Source: Candidatus Dojkabacteria bacterium (GTDB lineage Bacteria; Patescibacteriota; Dojkabacteria; B142; WJKM01). Taken from it: DNA of 64,000 bases. Each line of letters starts with the position of its first letter. Within the stretch, counting starts at the first letter, position 1. This document shows, in pieces, positions 9,823 through 19,680 of this stretch. The translations under genes were made by a program, and so were the position numbers. The notes beneath the pieces were generated by a model that saw only the letters and a program-made list of their open reading frames with translations, was not told the DNA's origin and made no database searches. Where the stretch lies: the NCBI GenBank assembly GCA_014729085.1, contig WJKM01000004.1, positions 68,345 through 132,344 on the forward strand, given 5' to 3'.

Positions 9823-11360
9823 TGAAGAACAAACTGCCTCTGTTCAATTATGCAATTCTTTTCTTGTTCATCTTCATTTTCCAGATTTTTACTCTTACTA
9901 ATAGTTATGCTCAAATATTTAACGATATCTCTTCAGATTACGAATTTTATAACTACATTGAAGACCTTAAACAAAGAAATATAATTGACGGGTATACAGA
10001 TGGAACTTTCAGACCAAATAACAAGCTAACACGCGGAGAACTTTCAAAAATAGTTACAAATGCATTTAGTCTAAAAGCAGACTCTAAAAGTAATAACTTC
10101 CTTGATTTAGAGGAAACAGATACATTCTACGACTATATTATAACTCTTAACCAATTAGGGATAATAAATGGATATTCAGATGGCACCTTTAGAAGTTATG
10201 AGAAAGTTACCAGAGGACAAGCCATGAAATTCATCGTTAATTCGGTGAAACTTAGCGATAACGAAAAGTTTGTAGAGGTACCTCAGTGGACTATCTTTCC
10301 AGATGTTGATGAATCTAATACTTTCTTCAACTATATCAATTCAGCTACTTCTATTAAATTAAATGACGGAACGCGAATTATTAAAGGTTACTCAACAGGG
10401 GAATTTGGAGTCAATAATAACATTACAAGGGCCGAAATTTCTAAGGTCATAAGTCAAACTTTGAATTATTATGAGAATGGAGGTACATTTGAACCCCCGC
10501 TCACATATCAAGAAGCTAATAATGAACTTGCTGGCGTTGACGAAAATAATGAAATACTTGCAATTTATTCTATAAAGACAGACTCAACAATTACAATAAT
10601 TAGAGAATATGAAAAAACTGATCTACAAGTTAACGAACAAATGTGGGGCATAATTACCAATGTAATTCCGGAAAACAGAATTCAAAACCTATCAAAATTT
10701 AACCTATTTACGGATGGCGAAAAAGAATCATTAGCTGGAATTTATCGAGATGCCTACAATTTGGAAAATTTCAATTTTATGATTGATTATTTAGATATAT
10801 ACCAAAATTCAACTATTAATGAAACTCTATTAGAATATGCAACTATACATGAATTAGGGCATATTATAAGTTTAAATAGTGAACAGATAACTATTACAAA
10901 AAGTTTATATACTGCTAAAACTATAGAAGAAATGGAAGAAATGAAGGGTATTGCAGAATTACTTTGCACAAACTACTATGCATTTGATGGCTGTAGTAAA
11001 GATAACTCATATATTAATTCATTTGTAAACACCTTTTGGACTGAAGAACAACTTAATAGGTTAGAAGAAATTTACAATGCAGATACTGACGAAGAGCAAA
11101 ATCAATTACTAAATGATTTTTACTGGGATTATGAAAACGACTTTGTTACTCTATATGCCTTATCTGCCCCAACTGAGGACTTTGCAGAAAGTTTTACACA
11201 CTTTATTACACATGAGAGACCTGAAGATACAACTTTCATCAAAGATCAGAAAACCGAATTTTTCTATAGCTTTCCCGAACTCGTTGATTTACGAAATGAT
11301 ATCAGAATACACATTTCTGAGGATACTAAAAATGTTGACATCCAATCTTATCTTCTATAA
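9822..11360 (+). CDS. S-layer-homology (SLH) domain protein with C-terminal HExxH zinc-metallopeptidase-like domain
   Basis: Signal peptide, then three SLH repeats (F.D....FY.YI..L....II.GY.DGTFRPNNKLTRGELSKIV; ...GYSDGTFRSYEKVTRGQAMKFIV; ...GYSTGEFGVNNNITRAEISKVI). The C-terminal region has HELGH. Confidence 0.65.
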   Translation: MKNKLPLFNYAILFLFIFIFQIFTLTNSYAQIFNDISSDYEFYNYIEDLKQRNIIDGYTDGTFRPNNKLTRGELSKIVTNAFSLKADSKSNNFLDLEETDTFYDYIITLNQLGIINGYSDGTFRSYEKVTRGQAMKFIVNSVKLSDNEKFVEVPQWTIFPDVDESNTFFNYINSATSIKLNDGTRIIKGYSTGEFGVNNNITRAEISKVISQTLNYYENGGTFEPPLTYQEANNELAGVDENNEILAIYSIKTDSTITIIREYEKTDLQVNEQMWGIITNVIPENRIQNLSKFNLFTDGEKESLAGIYRDAYNLENFNFMIDYLDIYQNSTINETLLEYATIHELGHIISLNSEQITITKSLYTAKTIEEMEEMKGIAELLCTNYYAFDGCSKDNSYINSFVNTFWTEEQLNRLEEIYNADTDEEQNQLLNDFYWDYENDFVTLYALSAPTEDFAESFTHFITHERPEDTTFIKDQKTEFFYSFPELVDLRNDIRIHISEDTKNVDIQSYLL

Positions 11361-11364
11361 AAAT

Positions 11365-11961
11365 TTATGATTGTAAATAATGTTTATATTTCTTATCTTG
11401 TTTCATTTCTTTTTCGATAAGTTTCCTAAGTATTTCTGACCTGCTTTTATTATATATAGATGAAGCCCAATCCAGATAGTATTTTTGTCTTTTATCCAGC
11501 ACAAAATTATACCTTCCAGTTCCTGACTCAATTTTACTATAACCAATAAAAGATTGAATTTTTTTCTTGAAATTGTCTCTTGAGTAATCTTCAATAGTAA
11601 GATGAGAAGAGGATAAAGCATCTAAATATGAGTCGTCATATAAAATGTTATCTCTTCTCCTTCTCATAACCAAAGTAGGCTTCCTTCTTAATACCGAATA
11701 GTTGATTTGATGGGATGAACTGAAATTTGGAACTGTATACTCAATAACACTGGCATCGGCTTCATTAATCGCTTTTATTATGGATTTATATATTTTCTTA
11801 ATATTCCTTTTTTGATTCCCTTTTTTGATACGCTTATCTACCTCATCTATCCAATCCCAAAGGATTACGCATCCTAACTCTACCAAGTAATCCCTAATCA
11901 AAAAATAATATTCTCTATTCTGCATCCATTCATAAGTTGTACATCCAAACCATATTTTCAT
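11365..11961 (-). CDS. hypothetical protein with C-terminal ribbon-helix-helix (CopG/Arc-like) DNA-binding domain
   Basis: The C-terminal RYNFVLDKRQKYYLDWASSIYNKSRSEILRKLIEKEM fits the beta-alpha-alpha RHH pattern. The gene is divergently transcribed from the MazG-MazG-NUDIX cluster. Confidence 0.4.
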   Translation of the reverse strand: MKIWFGCTTYEWMQNREYYFLIRDYLVELGCVILWDWIDEVDKRIKKGNQKRNIKKIYKSIIKAINEADASVIEYTVPNFSSSHQINYSVLRRKPTLVMRRRRDNILYDDSYLDALSSSHLTIEDYSRDNFKKKIQSFIGYSKIESGTGRYNFVLDKRQKYYLDWASSIYNKSRSEILRKLIEKEMKQDKKYKHYLQS

Positions 11962-12080
11962 AATTTAAAACATTAATAAGGTTGATTAATCTAAATTATT
12001 GTGTAAATTTTTTGAAAGTTGTGTAATGATTACATAATATAATTTTGGTATAGTTAAATCAATATTTCAAAATAAATACT

Positions 12081-12416
12081 ATGAAATCAAAAAATGAACT
12101 TAAGCTGCCTCCAAAAGCTACATTAAAAGATTACCAGAAATATGTTATGGACTTAGAAAAAAGAAGGGGTTTCTTGCAACAAACAGCTATAGAAAAATGT
12201 TTAATGCTTGGTGAAGAAGTTGGAGAACTTTTTAAAGCTGTTAGAAAAAAAGAAGGGTTAAAAGTCGATAAAAAAAATTCAAAATTTAAAGACATTCCTG
12301 GAGAACTTGCTGATATTTTTATCTTTATTCTCTCCATCTCAAATAAATTCGATATTGATTTGGAAAAAGCATTTATCAATAAGGAAGCAATAAATAAGAA
12401 AAGAATATGGAACTAA
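12081..12416 (+). CDS. MazG-like nucleotide pyrophosphohydrolase
   Basis: 111 aa. EEVGELFKAVRKKEG ... ELADIFIFILSISNKFDIDLEKA matches the MazG/NTP-PPase EExxE..E..D helical motif pair. Confidence 0.6.
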   Translation: MKSKNELKLPPKATLKDYQKYVMDLEKRRGFLQQTAIEKCLMLGEEVGELFKAVRKKEGLKVDKKNSKFKDIPGELADIFIFILSISNKFDIDLEKAFINKEAINKKRIWN

Positions 12417-12435
12417 CTTTATAATCATATTTATT

Positions 12436-12813
12436 ATGAAAAAACCATCTTTTACTACAATAATTAATCAAATTATTGAATTTAATGATAAACGAGGTTG
12501 GGATCCAGAACCAGTTGACTCTGCTAAGTCCATAGTAATTGAATCAGCTGAGCTTCTTGAACATTTTCAGTGGGATGCAACTGACCAACGTAAAGACGAG
12601 AAGAAAGACTGGACTGATATTGAGTTAGAAGTTGCAGATGTTTTCTGGTATTTACTTACATTTTGCCATAAAACCAATATAGATCCTCTTGGAGCTATAC
12701 AAAATAAAATTAAATATAATGAAGAGAAATATCCAGAAGATCATTTCAATGGAAAACACAATCAAAAATTTTATAAACAGAGAAAAATGGAATATAGAAA
12801 CAAAAATAAATAA
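12436..12813 (+). CDS. MazG-like nucleotide pyrophosphohydrolase (second paralog)
   Basis: 125 aa. ESAELLEHFQW ... ELEVADVFWYLLTFCHKTNIDP matches the MazG/dCTPase-like motif pair. Confidence 0.55.
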   Translation: MKKPSFTTIINQIIEFNDKRGWDPEPVDSAKSIVIESAELLEHFQWDATDQRKDEKKDWTDIELEVADVFWYLLTFCHKTNIDPLGAIQNKIKYNEEKYPEDHFNGKHNQKFYKQRKMEYRNKNK

Positions 12814-12828
12814 TTTTCTTAACTTATT

Positions 12829-13305
12829 ATGAGAGACGCAACTCTTTGTTTTCTTGTAAAAGAATCAAATAATAAAATTATACAAATTTGCTTAGCTAAA
12901 AAGAAAAGGGGATTTGGTACTGATAAATGGAATGGCGCTGGAGGAAAAGTAATGAACGAAACAATAGAAGAGGCAATGATAAGAGAAACGATAGAAGAAA
13001 TTGACGTTGTACCCTTGGAATACGTAAAAGTTGCAGAACTAACTTTTCAATTTAAGGAAAATCCAGCATTTAATCAAAAAGTCTATAGTTACTTAGCAAC
13101 TTCCTGGAAAGGGAATCCCTCAGAAAGTGATGAAATGAAACCAAGATGGTTTGAAGTAGATGAAATTCCTTACTATAGCATGTGGGATGACGACAAACAC
13201 TGGTTACCACTTGTTCTTAATAAAAAGAAACTTACAGGCAAATTCCTTTTTAACCAAAAGAATAAGATTATAGATCACAAAATTAACGTAGTAAACAAAT
13301 TTTAA
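12829..13305 (+). CDS. NUDIX hydrolase
   Basis: Nudix box GGKVMNETIEEAMIRETIEEID (G-x5-E-x7-REuxEExGu). Confidence 0.7.
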   Translation: MRDATLCFLVKESNNKIIQICLAKKKRGFGTDKWNGAGGKVMNETIEEAMIRETIEEIDVVPLEYVKVAELTFQFKENPAFNQKVYSYLATSWKGNPSESDEMKPRWFEVDEIPYYSMWDDDKHWLPLVLNKKKLTGKFLFNQKNKIIDHKINVVNKF

Positions 13306-13326
13306 AACATTTGTTATTCAATTTAT

Positions 13327-15006
13327 TCAATATCTAGTCCGATAGATTGTTCCTTGTGCGAGTTGATAAGGATCTTCATTAAAAACCTCTTCAAATTTAT
13401 CTTTTGCTAGAGCATATTGCAAATTCCAACTTTGCCAATTTTGATTTTGTTCTTTACTACGAAACTTTACGATATCAACCGCAATTGACTCTTTAATATA
13501 TTTTCTTATACAATTTTCAAATTTAACCCCTGAATATGGACAATCATCAACTATATATTTTTGTTCCGAATCCATGAGATATTCAAATTCCTTACTATTC
13601 ATATAGTTAAGTAATGCAATTGAACCCTCCAGTCCTAGGTCTTCAACAATATACTCTAAGTCTAGTTCTTTGCTATCTCCTTCAAATTGTTCTTCATAAA
13701 ACTTTTCAATATTATTTTTAACTATTGTCTTTTCCATACTAAACTGCGTGAATCCGACCAAAAAAACAATGGTAATTAAAAATGTCCCAATATTTAAGAC
13801 CTTTCTACGTAAATCATCTTTGAAAAAAATATTAATTCCTAATAAGAACATAATTAAAACTTCGAATATTAAAAAGGCATGGGGTATGAGTCGATCTACT
13901 GTAAAACCATAAACTTGTTCATAAAGAGCTATTCTCGAGTGAGAAGAGAATATCATCACTAAGCTTGAAAATATTGTAAATATATACAAAGGAGCTAATA
14001 TCAACTTAGACTTACGTGCTTTAAGAGAGAATCTGGTCTGGGCAACATATAAAAGACAATAGTTGATCAAAGTAACTATAATCATTTCCCAAAAACCTTT
14101 AATCGCATATTCTGAATAAATTAAACCTTGATTCCGAATGAAATTCTCACCTCCAAATAAGTATTGGAATTGGACTATTACAAACACAAGATAAATAAAA
14201 TTCAATGCTATAAAAAGTATTGAGGGAATAATCAAATCAACAGAAATCTTATCCAATATTGCAATATTCACTTTTGAAACTCTCATTCTCTTTGAGTGAA
14301 TAAAGCCTGTAAAGTATGACCAAATTAGAAATCCAACTAAAATACTAAAAGGTATCTTAAAAAAAGTTGATAATCTAAGATCTGGGACAACTAAATCAAT
14401 AAAATCACGAACATAATCTGAAAAAATAGGATCTGCAGAACTTAATAAGAGTAAAACGATAAATATAATAGGCAAAGTGACGAAAATACCGATCAAAACT
14501 TTGGGAAGCCAAGATTTTGCATTCCTTTGAATCTTTTCTTGTTTGAAGATATAAAGTGGAGCTTTAAAAATCGCTCCAAATACAGTACTCGCTTTAATTA
14601 ATTCCAAAAATTCTAGACCTGAAAATTTTCTAAAATAGTTAGGATTTGCAGATAAAATAAAATATAAAGGTAAAAGAAAACTTAAGTTACAAAAACTGAG
14701 AAACAATACAAATGAATTAGCCCTAATTGTATAAATAGATGAAAAATATATAATAAAAAGACCTAAGAAACTATATACAGACAATTTAATACCTTTGTTA
14801 TAAATGATTCTTGCAATTTCATAAGTGGTTATTAGAAACACATTAAATATTAATAGCTGTATTCCCCATTTCTTAAAAAGAAAAAACCAATTAAAAACAA
14901 GAGAAGTTATAATAAACAAAACAAATGAATAAATAATTAATGGTTTTGACATTTTATTCTTTCTTTCCTTATTAGAAGCTTGCGATGATGATTTGTCCTC
15001 AGTCAT
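13327..15006 (-). CDS. hypothetical polytopic integral membrane protein
   Basis: 559 aa with more than 10 hydrophobic helices and a soluble C-terminal ~130 aa. No recognisable catalytic motif. Confidence 0.4.
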   Translation of the reverse strand: MTEDKSSSQASNKERKNKMSKPLIIYSFVLFIITSLVFNWFFLFKKWGIQLLIFNVFLITTYEIARIIYNKGIKLSVYSFLGLFIIYFSSIYTIRANSFVLFLSFCNLSFLLPLYFILSANPNYFRKFSGLEFLELIKASTVFGAIFKAPLYIFKQEKIQRNAKSWLPKVLIGIFVTLPIIFIVLLLLSSADPIFSDYVRDFIDLVVPDLRLSTFFKIPFSILVGFLIWSYFTGFIHSKRMRVSKVNIAILDKISVDLIIPSILFIALNFIYLVFVIVQFQYLFGGENFIRNQGLIYSEYAIKGFWEMIIVTLINYCLLYVAQTRFSLKARKSKLILAPLYIFTIFSSLVMIFSSHSRIALYEQVYGFTVDRLIPHAFLIFEVLIMFLLGINIFFKDDLRRKVLNIGTFLITIVFLVGFTQFSMEKTIVKNNIEKFYEEQFEGDSKELDLEYIVEDLGLEGSIALLNYMNSKEFEYLMDSEQKYIVDDCPYSGVKFENCIRKYIKESIAVDIVKFRSKEQNQNWQSWNLQYALAKDKFEEVFNEDPYQLAQGTIYRTRY

Positions 15007-15213
15007 TTATATTTATATAAAAATTTAATTGTTGAACTCAATTGGTTGAGTTTAGGCACATAATCCTCGTAATACTTTCAAAATTATTGACCTTCATCCC
15101 GTCAAACGGTACTTCGACACCGTGTACGGAAAAATTTCAATTTATGACCTTTCAATTCCGGTTACAGTAAAGGTACCATATATATAGACGTATTTGAAGC
15201 TAATTTATTACAT

Positions 15214-15250
15214 TTTAAAATAAAAGAACGATACTTCATAATATCGTTCT
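15214..15250 (-). terminator. Rho-independent terminator downstream of the ACD gene
   Basis: Hairpin agaacgata-cttcataa-tatcgttct followed on the minus strand by a T-run (ttttatttt), 90 nt after the stop of 15336-17480. Confidence 0.45.
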
Positions 15251-15335
15251 TATGCTTTATGTATAGACATCTATACAAATCAGATCAGGCGTGAATACGG
15301 CCATAAATTTAAATTTAAGAGCATGTATGTCAATA

Positions 15336-17480
15336 TTATTTTTGTACAAATACTTTTAGATCAACTACGACAGCTCGATCATCAGTTACTATACCCGGAT
15401 TTAAATCCATTGATACAATCTCCGGATAACTTATTACCATACTTTGAATTTTATCAATCAAATCGTAAACCTTATCCATCGCTAAAGTACCGCTACTTCT
15501 GGCACCTTTAAGGACTTTTGATACTTTTGTTGCATCTACAATTTCTTCAATTCCCTGTCTAGATAAAGGTAACAATCTTGATGCTAGATCTTTATAGACT
15601 TCTGTGTAAATTCCACCTTTTCCAAACACAACCATGTGTCCAAAACCTCTATCATCAGGATTAGAATATACTTCACTTGTCCCGTCTCTATTTACACCTA
15701 CAAAAATCTCTTCCCCTCCAACTATATGTTCTTGAATTAAAATATCAGCTAAGTTCTTTTCGTCAACCATTTTATCTTTCAACCTTGCTATTGTAATTTG
15801 TAATTCATTGAAAGCTTTACGAACTTGATCTTCAGTCTTAAGATTCAAATACAGAGATTTTTCATCTGTTTTATGAATAATATCAGCAGTAGTTGCCTTC
15901 ATAACTATTGGATATTTATCCTGACAAAAATTTACAACATCTTCGATATTATTGGAGACCATTTGTCGCGGGACATCAATTTCAAACTCCTCTGCAAGCT
16001 TCACTACTAACTTCTCTGGAAGTGGTTGAGGCTCTTCTGTAACAATCTTTTCAACTTCATCCCTAGTATTATCTGAAACATTTACGTTTTCAATTGAAAG
16101 GTTAAGATGGCTGGCTTCTCGTTCAAAACTGTAATACTTATACATATGTGCCATTACTTCAATTGCCTCCTCAACATAATCAAAAACTGGTACATTATGA
16201 TCATATAGTCTTTCTACACCGCTTCGAACATATTTACCACCTAAGAAGGCTGCAAATATAGGTTTTTTCAATACACGGCTTTCGTTGATGATTAATTTCG
16301 CTGTTTCTTCTATCTGTGTAATAAGCTGTGGTGTTAAAATAATCAAAATACCATCTACATTTGGATCTTCTCCCAATATTCCAATAGGAGCAGCATATCT
16401 TTCAGCCAATGCATCCCCGATCACATCAATCGGATTAACTACACTAGCGGCTTTTGGAAGACTAGCTTTAATCTTATCTTGGGTTGAGGATGTCAATTCA
16501 GCAAGTTCAAGTCCTTCTGTAATAATTTTATCTGCTGCAATAATTCCAGGCCCACCGGCATTTGTTACAACAGCAATTCTTTTTCCTTTAAGTGGTGGAC
16601 TCCAGGAAAAAGCCATAAGCAAATTGAACATAGTGTTCATATTCTCAACAAGCATAGCCCCGCATTGCTTTAAAGCCTGATTTCTAACTTCTGCTGAACC
16701 TGCAAGAGATCCAGTATGTGAGGAAATAGCTAATTTAGCTTTTTCTGTCTTACCTGGAGTCAACAAAATAACAGGCTTGTTCTGTTTCTTTCTAATCATG
16801 TTATATAACTCTTGTCCATCAGTTATCTCTTCAATATATGAACCTACAACTTTTACATCATCAGATTCTAGAGCATATTCTATTAGATCTATTTCACTTA
16901 CATCAGCTTTATTTCCATAAGAGACAAATTGGGCAAAACCCATATTTTTCTTCTGAGCAATATCAAGAGCGGCTGTACAGAAAGCACCTGATTGAGAAGA
17001 AAAGAAAATATCTCCTGCTGGAGGAGATGAAGTAGCAAAGGATGCATTCAATCCTATACTTGTGTTAATAAATCCCAAACAATTAGGTCCTAGGATTCGA
17101 ACACCATATTTAGAAGCAATTTCAATAATCTCTTCTTCCTTCTTTTTTCCTTCCTCTCCAATTTCCTTAAACCCAGCTGAAATAATAACGGCACCTTTGA
17201 TTCCTTTCTGTTCAGCAGCTTCTTTCAATGCTTCAGCAATAAATTTGGCTGGAATTACGAAAATGACTATTTCAACATCGCCATCGATTGCTCCAACCGA
17301 AGGATAACATCTTTTATCAAATAGTTCTTCATATTTGGGATTTACTGCATAAAGCTCACCCTCATAACCTGAATCTATAATATTATTGTAGATAATAGCC
17401 CCTAATTTAGTTACATCTTTTGAAACACCGACTACGGCTATAGATTTTGGATTCAAAAGATTATTAATATTGTTTCTCAT
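15336..17480 (-). CDS. acetate--CoA ligase (ADP-forming), fused alpha/beta subunits (ACD)
   Basis: N-terminal CoA-binding/succinyl-CoA-synthetase-like region (PKSIAVVGVSKD..LGAIIYNNII..GYEGELYAVNPKYEE...IPAKF). The His-loop region is GSLAGSAE. The C-terminal ATP-grasp part has ...IVMKA...HKTD..GV. 714 aa, the typical length for a fused ACD. Confidence 0.85.
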   Translation of the reverse strand: MRNNINNLLNPKSIAVVGVSKDVTKLGAIIYNNIIDSGYEGELYAVNPKYEELFDKRCYPSVGAIDGDVEIVIFVIPAKFIAEALKEAAEQKGIKGAVIISAGFKEIGEEGKKKEEEIIEIASKYGVRILGPNCLGFINTSIGLNASFATSSPPAGDIFFSSQSGAFCTAALDIAQKKNMGFAQFVSYGNKADVSEIDLIEYALESDDVKVVGSYIEEITDGQELYNMIRKKQNKPVILLTPGKTEKAKLAISSHTGSLAGSAEVRNQALKQCGAMLVENMNTMFNLLMAFSWSPPLKGKRIAVVTNAGGPGIIAADKIITEGLELAELTSSTQDKIKASLPKAASVVNPIDVIGDALAERYAAPIGILGEDPNVDGILIILTPQLITQIEETAKLIINESRVLKKPIFAAFLGGKYVRSGVERLYDHNVPVFDYVEEAIEVMAHMYKYYSFEREASHLNLSIENVNVSDNTRDEVEKIVTEEPQPLPEKLVVKLAEEFEIDVPRQMVSNNIEDVVNFCQDKYPIVMKATTADIIHKTDEKSLYLNLKTEDQVRKAFNELQITIARLKDKMVDEKNLADILIQEHIVGGEEIFVGVNRDGTSEVYSNPDDRGFGHMVVFGKGGIYTEVYKDLASRLLPLSRQGIEEIVDATKVSKVLKGARSSGTLAMDKVYDLIDKIQSMVISYPEIVSMDLNPGIVTDDRAVVVDLKVFVQK

Positions 17481-17773
17481 TTTAAAATTTAAAATTATAA
17501 ATTATATATATCACTATTTTAGCCAGATAAATATATCATAAAAATATAATGACCTAAGTATAATAGCAAACTTATACAGAAATTTTTAGTTCCGCACCTA
17601 TTAAACTTCCACTCCTCGACGGGCTCATTATATGATACTGCAGATATTTTTTCTATACTTTATAATGTCCAATGTATTGAAGATCAAATAAAATTATTAT
17701 AATGAACTGGATCAAATATTACTTTAACCATATAAATAATTAAGTCCTTTACATTAATGCTTGAAGCAGAATT

Positions 17774-19102
17774 ATGAGTAAATCAATAGATAACAAAAAC
17801 AAAATTGCGATTATTGGGGGAGGATTAACTGGTTTGACAGCTGCATACTTTCTATCACAAAAGGGATATAGTATTACTGTCTTCGAAAAATCCGATAAAT
17901 TAGGGGGACTTGCTTCAACAGACGAAATTGCTAATTCACAAATTGAAAAAACTTACCATCATATTTTTCAAACTGACACAAAGATATTGAAATTGATTCA
18001 AAAATTAAAATTAGCCCATTTGCTCAGATGGGAAAACAGCTCAATGGCAATCTATTATAAAAAACGAATATTTCCATTTTCTTCTCCTATTGACCTATTA
18101 AAATTCAAACCACTTTCACCAATCAACAGAATAAGAACAGGATTAGTTATATTTTTTTTAAAAATCTTCAAAAATTGGAAAAAATTGAGTTCTGTTACAG
18201 CAAAAGAATGGTTAAGCAAATGGAATGGAAAGCAAGCATATAAAGTAATCTGGGAACCTTTATTAAAAGGCAAATTTCATAAATATTCTAACCAAATTTC
18301 GATGGCTTGGCTATGGGCTAGAATCCATATACGCGCGAATACACGAAATAAGACAGGAAACCAGGAGCTTCTCGGTTATCTTGAAGGAAGCTTCGGTGTT
18401 TTAATCCAAGAACTAGAAAATCAACTTTCCCAGAACGGAGTTAAAATAAAACTCACCTCTGAAATCAAATCATTAACTTCTAAAAAATGCAATAAAGTTA
18501 TACTACAATCAAATAATAAAACATTTAAATTTGACAAATGTATTGCAACAGTTCCTTCGGTTGTTTTTGCAGACCTCTTAAATACAAATAAATATAACTA
18601 CTACATCAATAATTTAAAAGATATTGATTATCTAGGTGCTGCTACCTTAGTATTCTCTTCTAATCAGAACATAGGAGATAAATACTGGTACAATATTAAT
18701 GAAATATCTTTTCCATTTTTAGCATTCATTAATCATACAAATTTCATTCACAAGTCATTCTATGATAGAAAACATATATATTATATTGGAGGCTATTTTC
18801 CGCATGATCATGAAATTTTTAGTAAGAATGAAAGTGAAATACGACAAATTTGGTTTACATCATTAAAAAAAATTTTTCCACAATTCGACGAAACCCAAAT
18901 ACATGAATCGAAAATATACAGATTCAAATTTGCCCAACATATTGTAAATAATAGTTATAAGTCTAAAATTCCGAAATACATAACACCCCTAGATAATGTA
19001 TATTTAGCAAATTTCTCGCAAATCTATCCTGAAGATAGAGGTATGAATTTTGCAGTAAGAGAAGGGGAGAATATTGCCAATATTGTTGCCATAGATATGT
19101 GA
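17774..19102 (+). CDS. FAD/NAD(P)-binding oxidoreductase (amine-oxidase / protoporphyrinogen-oxidase-like family)
   Basis: N-terminal Rossmann dinucleotide motif KIAIIGGGLTGLTAAYFLSQKGYSITVFEKSDKLGGLAST (GxGxxG ... E ... GG). Confidence 0.6.
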   Translation: MSKSIDNKNKIAIIGGGLTGLTAAYFLSQKGYSITVFEKSDKLGGLASTDEIANSQIEKTYHHIFQTDTKILKLIQKLKLAHLLRWENSSMAIYYKKRIFPFSSPIDLLKFKPLSPINRIRTGLVIFFLKIFKNWKKLSSVTAKEWLSKWNGKQAYKVIWEPLLKGKFHKYSNQISMAWLWARIHIRANTRNKTGNQELLGYLEGSFGVLIQELENQLSQNGVKIKLTSEIKSLTSKKCNKVILQSNNKTFKFDKCIATVPSVVFADLLNTNKYNYYINNLKDIDYLGAATLVFSSNQNIGDKYWYNINEISFPFLAFINHTNFIHKSFYDRKHIYYIGGYFPHDHEIFSKNESEIRQIWFTSLKKIFPQFDETQIHESKIYRFKFAQHIVNNSYKSKIPKYITPLDNVYLANFSQIYPEDRGMNFAVREGENIANIVAIDM

Positions 19103-19134
19103 TATAATTCACTAACATTTTATCCTATATTATT

Positions 19135-19680
19135 ATGGAAAGTCTTACAGATTATAATCCATTTGGAGACTACGACAATGATGGTATCAGTAATATAGAA
19201 GAATGGTTAGGAGTAAATATTGAAGGATATGGACATATTACAACTAATTGGAGAGAAGAAGATACGGATAAAGATGGATTAAATGATGGAGAAGAGCGAG
19301 ATCTTGGGACTAACCCTAGAAACCCAGACAGTCATTTAAGCGGTATTCTTGATGGATATCAAGGAGGAAAATTTGGTGAAATCGATATTGATAAATATAA
19401 CCAATTTACTCAAATAACTATTGAGGGCCAAACATATTCCGAGTTCGCAGCTGAATTAATCTCAGAAGAATCCTTAAACTCACCTTTACATCTATCCAGA
19501 AGTGATTCTGGAATAGAGTCAGGTATACAAACCATTGATCCAGTAGCATGTATTGCAAATAATGGATTTACTGATTTATGGGAAATATGGGCCAATCAGG
19601 ATGGTGGTAGATATATTGATAAGTTTGATTTTAATGGAGATGGAGAAGTAACTATTGAGGATTTATTTACCGATTATTAA
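19135..19680 (+). CDS. hypothetical protein with calcium-binding-type D-x-D-x-DG repeats
   Basis: DYDNDGISNIEE, DTDKDGLNDGEE and DFNGDGEVTIED resemble thrombospondin-type-3 or dockerin-like Ca-binding loops. Its 3' end overlaps the convergent gene by 14 nt. Confidence 0.35.
   Translation: MESLTDYNPFGDYDNDGISNIEEWLGVNIEGYGHITTNWREEDTDKDGLNDGEERDLGTNPRNPDSHLSGILDGYQGGKFGEIDIDKYNQFTQITIEGQTYSEFAAELISEESLNSPLHLSRSDSGIESGIQTIDPVACIANNGFTDLWEIWANQDGGRYIDKFDFNGDGEVTIEDLFTDY

Noticed and set aside
15323-17307. Several short + strand ORFs overlapping the ADP-forming acetyl-CoA synthetase gene
   Set aside because: They are antisense to a high-confidence CDS and have implausible compositions.
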